Of a stretch of DNA of 58,093 bases, positions 20,058 through 31,400 are shown one piece after another. The notes below the pieces were generated by a model that worked only from the letters and a program-made list of their open reading frames with translations, searched no databases and was not told the origin of the DNA. The DNA is from Nemertoderma westbladi (Eukaryota > Animalia > Xenacoelomorpha). A program made the translations under genes and the position numbers. Numbering within the stretch: the stretch's first letter is position 1; each line of letters opens with the position of its first letter. The stretch lies in contig JAUCBJ010007347.1 in NCBI GenBank assembly GCA_032718475.1, forward strand, positions 1 to 58,093, read 5' to 3'.

Positions 20058-22580
20058 TTAGTCTTTCTTGCGCGGACGGCGTTTACGCAGTTTTTTAAAG
20101 CTGGCCAGAGTCCTTTTCTCTTTGGGGCGAGCCACTTTACAAGGAGGGCTATAACTCCTGGGTGAAGGGTGCAATATGATTGCATCAGAGGGTGTAGGAT
20201 TATGGTCGGTGTATCCGCCAGTCGAAGTACCGGGTTGATTGACATCAACGTCGGGGGAGAGGGGTCTAACGGCCTTGAGAGCGCGTTTTAGGACAGCGGC
20301 TCTTACGGGTCCTTTACGAGTGGTCTGAACGAGAGCCGTGGGTGGACCATAGGCAGTCAGAAACCTCCTGGGTTTAATGGTTCTTTCCAACTCGCGTTTG
20401 CGGGCTCGGTATTCGTAAGGCCGTCGATATACTTCCTGTAACTCGGGGTGTGAGTTAACAAATAAGTCTCCATAGTCCGGATCCTGACGGATATAATTGA
20501 TTAAGTTATAGGAATGAAGGTCGCTAGGATTAACACTCCTGAGAAATTTGCGTACGAATTTGGTTGAAATACATTCTCCGATGCGCTTCAGTAGTTCGTA
20601 ACTCGATATGCGTGATTTCTGTTCGACAGAAGCGAATAGATAAGGATGGAACGCATAAACTCCTTCGTAAGCGCATCCAGGATAATAGCGATGGCGCGAA
20701 TCACAATGTAAATCAGCGTTCGCTTCCCAAGCTCTGATGTAACGTAGTATGATCATTTCATCTACGCTTTCCAAATCGTGATTAAAAGGGCAATCGAAAC
20801 TGGCGTGTCCCTTTAGTTGACAATGGTGACATTGAGTCATAAATTGAGGGCAAACCGCAAAAATATGCAAGTTATTGAGTCTGCAATATGCGCAATAAAT
20901 TTCCATCGTCGGTTGTTCTTGGAAATAGGAACAGCGGACGTTTGTGTCCATGGGCGTAACATGGTCTCTCGATGCGCATAACCGACAACGTTGCCTAGAA
21001 ACATATTTGGCATGTCGATAATCGTACGCAGTGAGACACTGTGGACCTTGATACCATTCTAGGATGTAATCGTTGTCGCTGTTCCGGGGCGCGATAGGCT
21101 GAATCTCCTCAGATTCTAGGCATATTGGTTCGTCTTCCCAGTGCATAGCTGAGGTGGGTGTGTCTGTCTCTTCAAGTGGACCTATTGTCTGAATTTCCAC
21201 GACAGAATAACCTGTGGGGATTCGAGGTCTTTGTATAACAGAGGAGTGCAAGTTCGATATACAAATCTCTTTGAAAATGGCAAATCCAGCGCTATCCAAC
21301 TTCTCTGCAGCTGAGTTTCTTAGGCTGAGCTTGGTCAAAGCGCGGTCTTTAAATTGGCTATCCACGTTGCGGAACGGGGTTAAAAATCGCCGGAAACATT
21401 CGAAGCGGATGAATTTATTATGTTCATCTAGCTTAGCGAGTTTGGTCCCAAGTATTAATGGATGGGCGCGTATAGTACAACTGCACACATCGGCTAGCCA
21501 ACCGGCAAGTGCGGTGTTTTCAAAGATCGTGTAGATAGCTAAGGAGGGGCGGAGTGGAACACTCATGAAGCTATACACGGCGCCAGGTGCGGTCAATGGT
21601 CCATCAAAGTATAATCGAGAATAATGGTCTCCGTATACTTGTTGATAGTTGATGGGATTTCCGACTTTGAAATTCCATCCGTATTCCTGAAAGCCAAGAT
21701 GTCCGATGGAAGTTCGTTGCACCTTTGTAATGTTGCTAGACGTATTAGCATACATGGTGCGGAAGAAACCTCGACCTTCTGCCCAGGGAGCAATCAGCTG
21801 CGTATCCACGAAAGGATATGGGATATTTTCCATATTCCGAAAGTCGTTTTGGAGATCTCCATAAACAGCTGAGCCGATTTTAAGGATTCTTTCGTTGAAT
21901 AACATCTCGAGTACGGGCTGGGGTAACATCGATCCATCGATACCCATGGCCGGTTTGCGTTCGGTGTCAATGACGTAACGCTGCGCGAGTTCGAATTGTC
22001 CATGTCGGAGATTCTTTTGTGTTTCGGTGAGAGTTTCAAAGGAATAATCAATCACGGCGGAACACGCTCGAGTAAACACGTGGGTAGAACCAGCTAATCC
22101 GCGTATGTGGATCATGCGCGTAGTTCCTAGTTCTCCGACCGGAACGCTACCTTCATTATCGTAGGTAACAACTCCATACATCTCAATAACATTAAGAGTT
22201 TCATTCCACTCCTTGGTGGCGTTCTCTAGGGTCATCCCTACTGGATGCCACAAGGTGGCGCATTGGTTAGCGTCAGGGAGATCACTATACTTCATGTGCC
22301 GAGTGGTATACGTCTCCACATTTCCATATCTTTGTATTTTCTCTTCTTCAAATAATACATCTAGATTCCAATGGACTAATCGAGTTTTAATAAATCCATC
22401 GAGATTATAAGGAGGTTCTATATCCTTCTCGATTCTAGAAATGTTACATGGTTTTCTAAATGAGTTTACCTTTACTAACTGATCCAGATGTTTCTGCAAT
22501 TGTTCGAGTTCGACAATGTCTAGAGGATTTATTAGTGGTAGAAACTTTAAATTATGCGTCGGGTCTTCTGGTTTTACCAT
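20058..22580 (-). CDS. Accessory ORF: DEDDy-like 3'-5' exonuclease, Cys/His zinc knuckles and a basic tail
   Basis: 840 aa with VVTYDNEG (ExoI), LPQPVLEMLFNERILKIGSAVYGD (ExoII), FVDTQ and PL....IYTIFE (ExoIII-like). Also CRLC..DH, CAYC..H...C, CHHCQLKGHASFDC, and a KKLRKRRPRKK tail. Confidence 0.65.
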   Translation of the reverse strand: MVKPEDPTHNLKFLPLINPLDIVELEQLQKHLDQLVKVNSFRKPCNISRIEKDIEPPYNLDGFIKTRLVHWNLDVLFEEEKIQRYGNVETYTTRHMKYSDLPDANQCATLWHPVGMTLENATKEWNETLNVIEMYGVVTYDNEGSVPVGELGTTRMIHIRGLAGSTHVFTRACSAVIDYSFETLTETQKNLRHGQFELAQRYVIDTERKPAMGIDGSMLPQPVLEMLFNERILKIGSAVYGDLQNDFRNMENIPYPFVDTQLIAPWAEGRGFFRTMYANTSSNITKVQRTSIGHLGFQEYGWNFKVGNPINYQQVYGDHYSRLYFDGPLTAPGAVYSFMSVPLRPSLAIYTIFENTALAGWLADVCSCTIRAHPLILGTKLAKLDEHNKFIRFECFRRFLTPFRNVDSQFKDRALTKLSLRNSAAEKLDSAGFAIFKEICISNLHSSVIQRPRIPTGYSVVEIQTIGPLEETDTPTSAMHWEDEPICLESEEIQPIAPRNSDNDYILEWYQGPQCLTAYDYRHAKYVSRQRCRLCASRDHVTPMDTNVRCSYFQEQPTMEIYCAYCRLNNLHIFAVCPQFMTQCHHCQLKGHASFDCPFNHDLESVDEMIILRYIRAWEANADLHCDSRHRYYPGCAYEGVYAFHPYLFASVEQKSRISSYELLKRIGECISTKFVRKFLRSVNPSDLHSYNLINYIRQDPDYGDLFVNSHPELQEVYRRPYEYRARKRELERTIKPRRFLTAYGPPTALVQTTRKGPVRAAVLKRALKAVRPLSPDVDVNQPGTSTGGYTDHNPTPSDAIILHPSPRSYSPPCKVARPKEKRTLASFKKLRKRRPRKKD

Positions 22581-22586
22581 ATAATA

Positions 22587-23471
22587 TCAAGTATTATCGA
22601 CGAGTATACCGTCAACACGAGCGGCCTCGATCGGTGGACGCTGTAACATAGGGGCGTCAGCGATAAGATTTTGCGATCCTGTACTGATATCAACCGGTTG
22701 AGGTTGTATCGTCGCGAAGAGTTTGTCTCCGAAATGTGGAATCATCGAGGGATGACGGACGGTTTTAGAGTAGAGATCTGTCATAAGGATTTGAGCTTCG
22801 GGTTGGGCTAAAGCGGCTTCTTCTCTCTCGTCCATTTTCGTGTGTTTCTCCTCGAGTAGATTTTCTTCCGCTTGTCTCTGTAAGCGTTCATCTAGAAACT
22901 CTTGTAGAGAATACGTGCGTCCAAGCTCGATGTCCTCCTCGAGGTTTTGGATTTCTCTATCGAACTGTGGCAAGGCTAACTCCTTCACCGATTGGACTTG
23001 TTGTCGTAATTTACGTTTCTCTAAACAATCTTGTGTTCCCTTTCCGATCTTCTGTCGAATAGCGTCTAAAGCGTTTCTTATAACGCTCTCCTCGACTTCC
23101 GTGGCGGGTTGCATCGGGTTTAATCCTGGACGATTGTAAGGATCAAAGGGCGATATTAGCTGCCCGCGTCCCAATCCGGCTAAGTAGGATGGGCGAATGT
23201 CTAACGAACCCACTACTGGAGCACCACCGATTAATTGTTCGGGTAACACTAAGTCTTTGAACAGGGAATATAGTTCGGGAGGATCAGTGATACTGTTAGG
23301 ATCAAGAGTTTGAGGTCTCACTAGGGAATGAGGAGGCCTGACCGAGTATTCCGGAACTCTGATCATGGGTTTATTCAGTGATCGTTTAAGACGAGCGATC
23401 GTAGGTGATACGTCGAACAGGTTTCGCTCGAAACTCCCGTAAGTATAACGCGTAAAGCTGTGTTTACGCAA
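22587..23471 (-). CDS. Accessory ORF of unknown function, with a coiled-coil-like acidic segment
   Basis: 294-aa ORF in frame with the exonuclease ORF, separated by one TGA plus two codons. Confidence 0.5.
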   Translation of the reverse strand: MRKHSFTRYTYGSFERNLFDVSPTIARLKRSLNKPMIRVPEYSVRPPHSLVRPQTLDPNSITDPPELYSLFKDLVLPEQLIGGAPVVGSLDIRPSYLAGLGRGQLISPFDPYNRPGLNPMQPATEVEESVIRNALDAIRQKIGKGTQDCLEKRKLRQQVQSVKELALPQFDREIQNLEEDIELGRTYSLQEFLDERLQRQAEENLLEEKHTKMDEREEAALAQPEAQILMTDLYSKTVRHPSMIPHFGDKLFATIQPQPVDISTGSQNLIADAPMLQRPPIEAARVDGILVDNT

Positions 23472-24196
23472 CGTCTCCGCGGATGTTTATGTCTTTCAGT
23501 TTGTTGGTTGGGTCTAGGGCATTCGTCACAATAATACCAAAGACGTACGTCCTGTAGAGGAAACGCGGGTGATCGTTCTCCAGTTTTGCAATATTCTTCC
23601 ATTTGTTCAAAACTATCCGGGATAACAGGTAGTGGACGATCGGCGGTAAGATACATCATAGTGAAATAGAGCCGTTTGAGTTCTACCATAGGGTCATGAT
23701 GTATACCTTGAGGATATCGAGTCTCTAGGTTCTGCTGACTGGCGATGTTGAGATAGGTTTCTCTCAAAAATTCTAGGTAGTCGTTGAAGTCGATGCGTTT
23801 ATCCGGTTCTTCAACGTTTTCTCTTTCCAGTCTATTAGGAATAGAATTTTCGTGATCTATTCTCGGTTTATCATTACGACTCCGCTGGGTATGATATTTA
23901 AATAGAACCATTTCCCTTTCTGTATCTACATCGTCCGTATCATGTAAATCGATAGGATGGCCGGTAGTTAAGAAGTCCATATACGTACCATTACGATTCG
24001 TATAGAGAGCGGTGAATTTTCGATAGTCCAATTCACGCGCAAGTTGCTCTTGGGACATCGACGGTTCAATATAACGACCATCGTCCTCCGTAATGGTTGG
24101 ATCGGCTTCACCGCGTATTAAGCTATCCACAAATGCTTGTAAGGGTAGAGTATATCGCTCCCTAATACCAAGATCATCTTCTATCAACTCCGTCAT
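23375..24196 (-). CDS. Accessory ORF of unknown function
   Basis: 273-aa ATG-initiated ORF overlapping the next ORF in another frame; possibly one frameshifted gene. Confidence 0.5.
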   Translation of the reverse strand: MTELIEDDLGIRERYTLPLQAFVDSLIRGEADPTITEDDGRYIEPSMSQEQLARELDYRKFTALYTNRNGTYMDFLTTGHPIDLHDTDDVDTEREMVLFKYHTQRSRNDKPRIDHENSIPNRLERENVEEPDKRIDFNDYLEFLRETYLNIASQQNLETRYPQGIHHDPMVELKRLYFTMMYLTADRPLPVIPDSFEQMEEYCKTGERSPAFPLQDVRLWYYCDECPRPNQQTERHKHPRRRCVNTALRVILTGVSSETCSTYHLRSLVLNDH

Positions 24197-25808
24197 ATCT
24201 GCTATCTGAGTTTATTAATATCAAAATGAGTTTATGTTTAGGCTAGCGGGCGTTGCTGCCTACCTCTCGTTGCCCCCGGACAGTGGGATTCTCAGCGCCG
24301 ATGTACCGTCGTCGCGGTGTTTACGCCAACATGTAGCAACAGCACGACAACGATAACTGGCACAAGTCACTCCACTGTCCGTCGCAAAGGTTTGGATCCA
24401 CTTTAGGTTCTTTCTATAGGAGAGTTGGGTTACTTTCACAATTGCGACTAGCTACTGTAAACATACTTTAGCAGTAACATTCACCTATAAACGCACAAAT
24501 TCCACACAACTGTCACCAATTGTACACATACAGGCCATTTGTCCGTTAGTCAGTGCCTTCCAGAATGTCACGTTATTACTGTGTATCCTTGGATACTAAC
24601 AGTGTGCTATGTATTCTCTATGCTATGCAATGGGACAAGCTTTCTATTGTTCTTTTAACTTGCTTCTAATTCTAGCGTGGTTGTTGCTATGGTGACATTA
24701 TGGAAAGCTAGCGGTAGAATTAGGGTAATTTTCATGCATACAGATCTGGAATGCTATTTAATAGTAATTCTTTAATTGTCAATATCCTCTTTATACATGA
24801 TTTTATTAATTTTATCGGCTATTGACTATATGTCGGAGATTCTCGCACTCTAATACACTCAATAGGATGAATCTCCGCTCCCATGATCTATTAATTAATG
24901 GAATTTTGGGAATGTTATAAATTGCACAAAATGACAATTTATGAAATTCATTTAAAATATGAATTTAAATTTATTCCCGTGAATTTTATTATTTGATGTT
25001 AAAATTGACACAATTTTTATTCCAGAGCATGTCTGGGGACTGAGGATCCTTAATTCTATAAAATTGTCTTTTAAGAGTATCGGTAAGACTTAACTGACTA
25101 GAAATTTTAAAGGATCTGAATTTTACAGATTTTAATAAATATTAAATTAATATTTAAGATGGGCACCGATTTATTCCAGAACTTGTCTGGGGACGTTAAC
25201 CACTGATTCTAGAATTTGTCTTTCAAGTATATCGGTGGGTGCCGCGATATCTTAATCGACTAGAATTACAGATGGTCAAAAGGTTTAACAGATTTATTTG
25301 CGTTTTACGCTACTGTTATAGGGACATCACGCTACTATATGTATTATTATATATGGTATGAGAGCAATATCGCACGAAGCAATGTCAGTGTGAAGAGGCA
25401 AGTCGTTTCCAAGGTCTACCCAGAGCTTGGTTTAGCCGAGACACGAGGATCTGAACTTTGCATTCCTAATACTCTGCCTACCAATAATACTTGAATATAG
25501 TAGTGGCTTTATTGTACTTTAATAAGTATGGACATTTCATCTTACTGTAGTCACGTATTTATAATATGATACGGACAGTAAGGAAAAAGAAAAAATTATT
25601 TCTCGCCGTCACACTAAATATATATTATATATATGTAATTACGTAATAAACACTAATATATTGCACTAACCTACTAAATAATCTAAAATAACATTCTACT
25701 AAATAAAATTAAATAAAACGATTATAATAAAGTACATAATAAAGTTCGCATATAAAAATATAATAAAAATAGATAGAATAATATAGTCATACACCCACTC
25801 CAGACGTA

Positions 25809-28445
25809 TCACGTTGGGGAGTCCCTAGATGTTTGAGGAATTAGGGAGGTGATCGTGGGAAGAGTGTCTTGCCTTCCATAGTTTCCGGAGAGTTCTCTGT
25901 CTCTTTCCAGTAAACATAAACGACCAACTGGGCGGTTGAGTTGTTGCGTCTCAAAGATTATGCCTGGCTTCTTGAAGTTACGCCGCATGACGACGAGTTC
26001 TACCGAGCGTACTAAACCATCATCCGAGATGTGAGTCTCGATGATACGACCTGTCTGCCACCGTTTACGTGGAAGGTCTGAATCTACAATAAGCACCATA
26101 TCTCCAGCGCTGACGTTTTCTTGCTGCGCAAACCACTTAGTTCGAAGTTGTAGCGTGGGCAGATAATGTTTCTCGAAATGGTCAGCGAAACGACGGGATA
26201 GCAACTGCATAAGTTGCCAAGTTCGACGGCAGTATTCGTCTCCGTCGGTAATCTCCGATCGTGGGAGCATGGCTACAGGTTTCTTCAGTAGGAAGTGCGC
26301 GGGTGTTAGCGCTTCCAGGGAATCGGGACTCGATGAGACTGGCATAAGCGGTCTCTCATTGAGATAGGCAGCTATTTCCTCCATTAACGTCCGCAAAAGT
26401 TCGTCGGTGAGATACGCGCGGCATGGCACTATAAAGTGAAATGCGGTCTTGACACTTCTAATTAATCTCTCCCAACTTCCTCCCCACCAAGGGGCGTCGG
26501 CGGCGTTGAAGGTCCAGCTAGACGCTGTTATCCTTAGCTGATCGTCCACCTGTCTTTGGTTCCAGTCCTTCACGTAAGCCTGTATTTCGTTGTTGGCACC
26601 AATGAAGTTCGTTCCCTTATCCGATCTCATGGTATTACTCGTCCCGAAGCGAGCGATCTGTCGGCGTAAACTTAAGACGAAGCTGTTGGTAGATAGATCG
26701 TTCACCATATCGAGATGGATGGCTCTACAAGTCATGCATACGAAGATGACACACCATCTCTTGACTATAGTCCTAGCACGATATACTTCAATAGGGCCAA
26801 ATAAATCTACACCAGTATTAGTAAAAGGTGGTTCATAGAAGCTTACTCGTTCCCTAGGTAATTCTGCCTCTCGCTGTGTTAAAGGCCTACTGAATGCTTT
26901 CCTACAGGGTATGCAGTTCCTAAGAACTTGGTTCAGAGCTCTACGGGGTTTATCAAAATAATAGCGAGTTCGAATTTCGCTAAGAACTCGTTCTCTACCA
27001 GCATGATAAAGTTTGCTGTGAACATCTACAATCATCTTGATTTGTACTTCAAGATTTCTAATGAGAATGGGGAATTTAGTGTCAAAGGATAATGGCGCAT
27101 TGGTGAGCCTTCCTCCAACACGTATTAACCCATCTATCATTGTGCTGGAGAATCGATCCCTTAAGCGCATCTGCGGATTTCTCAACAACAGGAAATACTT
27201 ATCGGAAACCTCATAGCATTGCAGGAGTCTCAGTATCTGCTTATTGGTTTCTTCATGCTCCTGGTAACTAATTTTCTCCTTTAGAAACCGGTCGGATGTC
27301 TTATATTTGGGTAAATTTTTAATAACATGAACTTGCGCAGATGTCAATGGAGCGGTATCACTAATGGTCTTCGTCCTGGAGTAGTGATGATGAAAACATC
27401 TCCTTAAATACGTGACGGCTTTACAGAGCCGATTCCAGGAACTGTAGTGATGCATTGCTCTCTGCAGCAGGGGTGAGATTCCTTGCGAGACGTCTGGTAT
27501 TCCAGATTTCCAATCTCTATCTCTAATTTCCACAACAGACTTATTTGTGGCGAGGGATTGTGGATCCGAAGCATCGTTTCCGGAAGTATGTAATACAGAT
27601 AGATCGATAGTCGGTTTAAATAACTTCGATTTACTCGCCCGGGTTTTAGGTTTGACTTTCTCCGCTCCCTTGGCTTGTCTAATCTCCGCCGTAGTAAGGT
27701 GAGGAGGCCATTCATCCTCTTCCTTACTCAGGAAGTCGGGTCCACTCAACCAGTCTGGAGTATCTATCAGTTCCTGTGGAGTCGCTCCCCTGGAGGCGAT
27801 ATCGGCTGGATTAATCGTACCAGGGCAATGTCTCCATTGATCTATCTTTGTGCGACTAAGAATAATAGCTACCCTGTTAGTAACAAAAACCCTGAACTGA
27901 CAGACTTCATTGGTTAGATACTCCAACACGAGTAAAGCGTCGGTCCAATAAACAGTTTTCTCCAGTGGATAGTCGATTTGTTCTGTTACGTTCCGGCCGG
28001 TGGCTGTAGCGTATAAAGCCGCCTTTAACTCCGCTCGAGGAACCTTTAACTTGTTGTTAATCAATGCCTTAGAGGTAACCAAGGCGACTTTGATTCCATC
28101 CGGAGTTTCGACTCGCAGATATGCTACTATACCTATTCCCATGTCGCTGGCGTCTCCAAACACATGGAGTTGATAGGAATAGGTAGGAAGAACATGACCA
28201 AAATTAAAAATTAGGGAAATTATAAAGCTCTCGATGGCAGGTAGAGAATCTTCCCATTTCATCCATTTCTTTAACAGTTCTCCCTTAAGTGGATCGTCCC
28301 ATGAGTGGTTTTCAAGCCACATTTGTTGTACTAAACTCCGAGCAATCAATATAACTGGGCTAATAAATCCCAATGGGTCGAAATAAGTGCTCAGGATACT
28401 TAAACAAATCCGTTTGGTCCGAACTGGATTATCTCGCTGTCCCAC
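25809..28445 (-). pseudogene. BEL/Pao pol, RNase H and integrase part
   Basis: TKR..LS...FDPLG, HVFGDAS, PRAEL, WTDA, NPADIASRG, H...HAG..C..C, DLFGP, SDKGTNF, WERLIRSVK. Joined to RT across a frameshift near 28430. Confidence 0.9.
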
Positions 28446-31400
28446 TTCAAGCCAAGCGTCTTGGTTTCTGGAAGATCATCCTTTATTAAGTCTAGGTCTT
28501 TCGCTCCTTGGTCTTCTACCGGTATCGCTTCCAGAAACTCACGGGAGTTGCTGGTGAATTTCGTCAGTCGAAATCCACCTCTTTTCAAACACTCTACCGT
28601 TCCTTTCGCGACATCAATGGCTTCTTCTACTGATGGAAGGGACCTTAAATTGTCGTCCATGTATATATTACGCTTGATGTTGTCTATCACCTCTTTTGAG
28701 AAGGCGTCTCGGTTGTCATTCGCAGTGGTCCGCACCACGGAGCAGGCGTTGGAAGGGCTAGATATGATCCCAAAAGCCTGGATGGTCATCCAGTACTCTA
28801 CCGGTTTCTGGTTGAGATCTCCTTCAGGCCACCACAGAAATCTGAGGCTGTCTCTATCTCTATCCAGCGCCTTGACTTGTAAGAACATTCCTTCTATATC
28901 GGAGGCGAACGCGATGGAATATTGTCTTAATCTTAAAAGTATTCCCAACAAAGATTGGAGTAAGTTGGGTCCTGGTAACAACTCGGAATTGAGGGATTGG
29001 CCCATATATAGAGCAGAGCCATCGAATACGACTCGTACTTCATGGGGTTTACCGGGTTTGGGAACGTAATGATGTGTTAAGTAATACGTTCTCTCAGTCA
29101 CTGGTGTTCCTTCCGGTACTCGCTCCGCGTATCCCTTTGTAATAAATTTCTTCAACTGAGTTTGGTACATTTCTTTAGCTGAAGCATTAGCCGTAAGGCG
29201 TCGATGTAATTGAGTGATTCTTTTCTCTGCCAAGGGTCCGTTATTTATAAATCTAGGTTCTCGTTTTCGAAATGGTAGGCCGATTTCATATCTACCTTGA
29301 TCTTTTAAAAAACGTGTAGTTGTTTCCTGGATTTGCTTGGCTCTTTCTTCTTCTATCGATAGGGCCTTATCGTATGAATTGGGCTCTACCAATTCTTGAG
29401 TAAAGAATCGTACGGCGAGTTCGTCCCGAGTTCTAGCGTTGTAGCGCTCTATTTCATCATTTAGTTCGTCATTGTAGTCAATGGGTCCCGATGGGCGAAT
29501 CAGTTGACCTAGGTTCACCTGGTTTTTCCAAGTTTTGTTTTCTGTAAGTAAGTCGATTGTGTTCTCTTCATCGAAGAGTTGGTAGATGTCGTCATTATCT
29601 GAGGAGTATGGTGTTCCCTCAGTTAGTTCGTCCACCTCACTGCTCTCCACTTCCCAATCGTTTACTTGGTATATTCGTTCTTGTGGCATTCTCTCTTCGA
29701 GAGTTCTGCGGGAAGGGCCAGTAAAGTACCAACCTACTCTAGCTCTTACCGCATAGGTTTGCAGTGGCTGCGGTTGAGCAGGCCGTTTCTCCAATGTCTC
29801 GAGCGCCTCATGCGCGTTTTGGCTGATGAGTATTTGCACTCCAGGATAATCTGTCTGGAATCGAGGTATCTTAAGCTGTTGGATGCTCTCATCCTCGTCC
29901 CAATTATAAAGATATGCTTGGGTAGTAGCAAAGTTCTTTATAGCCACCATTTTTACCGACCTTATACCTTGTGCTCCTAATTTATCCTGGGGGGTGGACA
30001 ACACACCTACATAGTAATCTGCCGTTAGGGTAGATTTCCAAACCTGCATAATTCCTGACATATTCAATTTAGTCCGGAATTTGGGTTGTCCAGCAAAGAT
30101 ATCTTCGGCTAGTTCTTGATCGATGAATGTTCCTGTGCTGCCGGAGTCAAGGAGGGCGTTCACTATGTAACTTTTGTTAGGACCGTGAACTCTTACCTGC
30201 ACTACAGGAAATTCTCTGATTCCTACATTGGAAGTTGGAGCTTTCCAAGATGGTTGTCTGTCAAAGGTAGTTGGGGGGAACTCATTGTCGGTGTCCTTTT
30301 CGTAAGTAAGTGCTCAATACACCGCGGTATTGATTAGGTAACAGGATTCGTTGGCGTCAGAGAATTCGTCAGTATAGAATCCTTCCATCTCAGACTCTTG
30401 ATCAGTGTCATTTACATCACTGAATTGGACATGTAGTTCGGGCTCACTTACCTGACTCGAGTTGTCTCGTTCGAATTCACTGTGTAACAAGATGTGATGT
30501 TTCGCACCGCACTTTGCACACTTTACGTCGGAGTAACAGGTTCGCCGTTGGTGTCCTGATCTGAGGCAATTATAGCATAACCGCTTATCCCACATGACTG
30601 CACGTCTGTCTACAAGGGATTTCTTTAGAAATTCAGCACACGCACTCAAATGATGGGGCCCGTCGCACAGCGCACAGTTTGGTTTGATGTTACTCACTTT
30701 ACCTTGGGTAACTTGATGCACTCTCGTTCTTTCTTCGGGCTTTCTTCGGTGCATTCTGTTAGGAGACTGAGGAGGGGTCTTGGCAACCTGTTCTCTCCTA
30801 TCGTTGGTTCGAGCCTTGTATTTACTTACGTCTTTTGAGATTTTGTTAACGTAGTAAAATTTGTCAGTGTCTTTTCCGCTGTCCTCTTCTTGAGAAGCTT
30901 GGCTTTCGCCGTCATCAGTGTAACACACTGGTGTTACTCTTCTCCTAGAAACGGGTTTCTCACTTACCTTATTTTCCGATGTCTTCTCTCTGGACTGCTT
31001 GATGAGTTGTAGTTTTACTTCACCATCTAAGAAGGACATGAGATCAGCCATGGTAGGGCTTCGTCGTTGCTGCTCATTCATATACAACACTTTCTTGTCC
31101 CAACGTGTACATACTCCACCCTTTGGTAAAGTAGAGACTACGGCTCCAATAACCATGGAACTCTGATATTCATGAGACTTACCTAACCAGTCCAATTGTC
31201 TACAGATCTCCTGAATCTCATCGGAAAACTCTATAATCCCGCTACTAAGGAAGTTTCTGGGGGCTACTAATTTTGCATACAAATACTTAGCTATGTTATC
31301 CTTGTTACCATACCTGATGTTTAATGTATCCCAAACTTGTCTTAATCCATCTGGATGTCCAATAAACTTTAACGCCATTCACTTGGGAGGTCCTTCCAAG

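Noticed and set aside
20058-24196. env gene in the ORF3 position of the BEL element
   Set aside because: No signal peptide, transmembrane anchor or glycoprotein-like pattern. The motifs point to an exonuclease, zinc knuckles and a basic tail.
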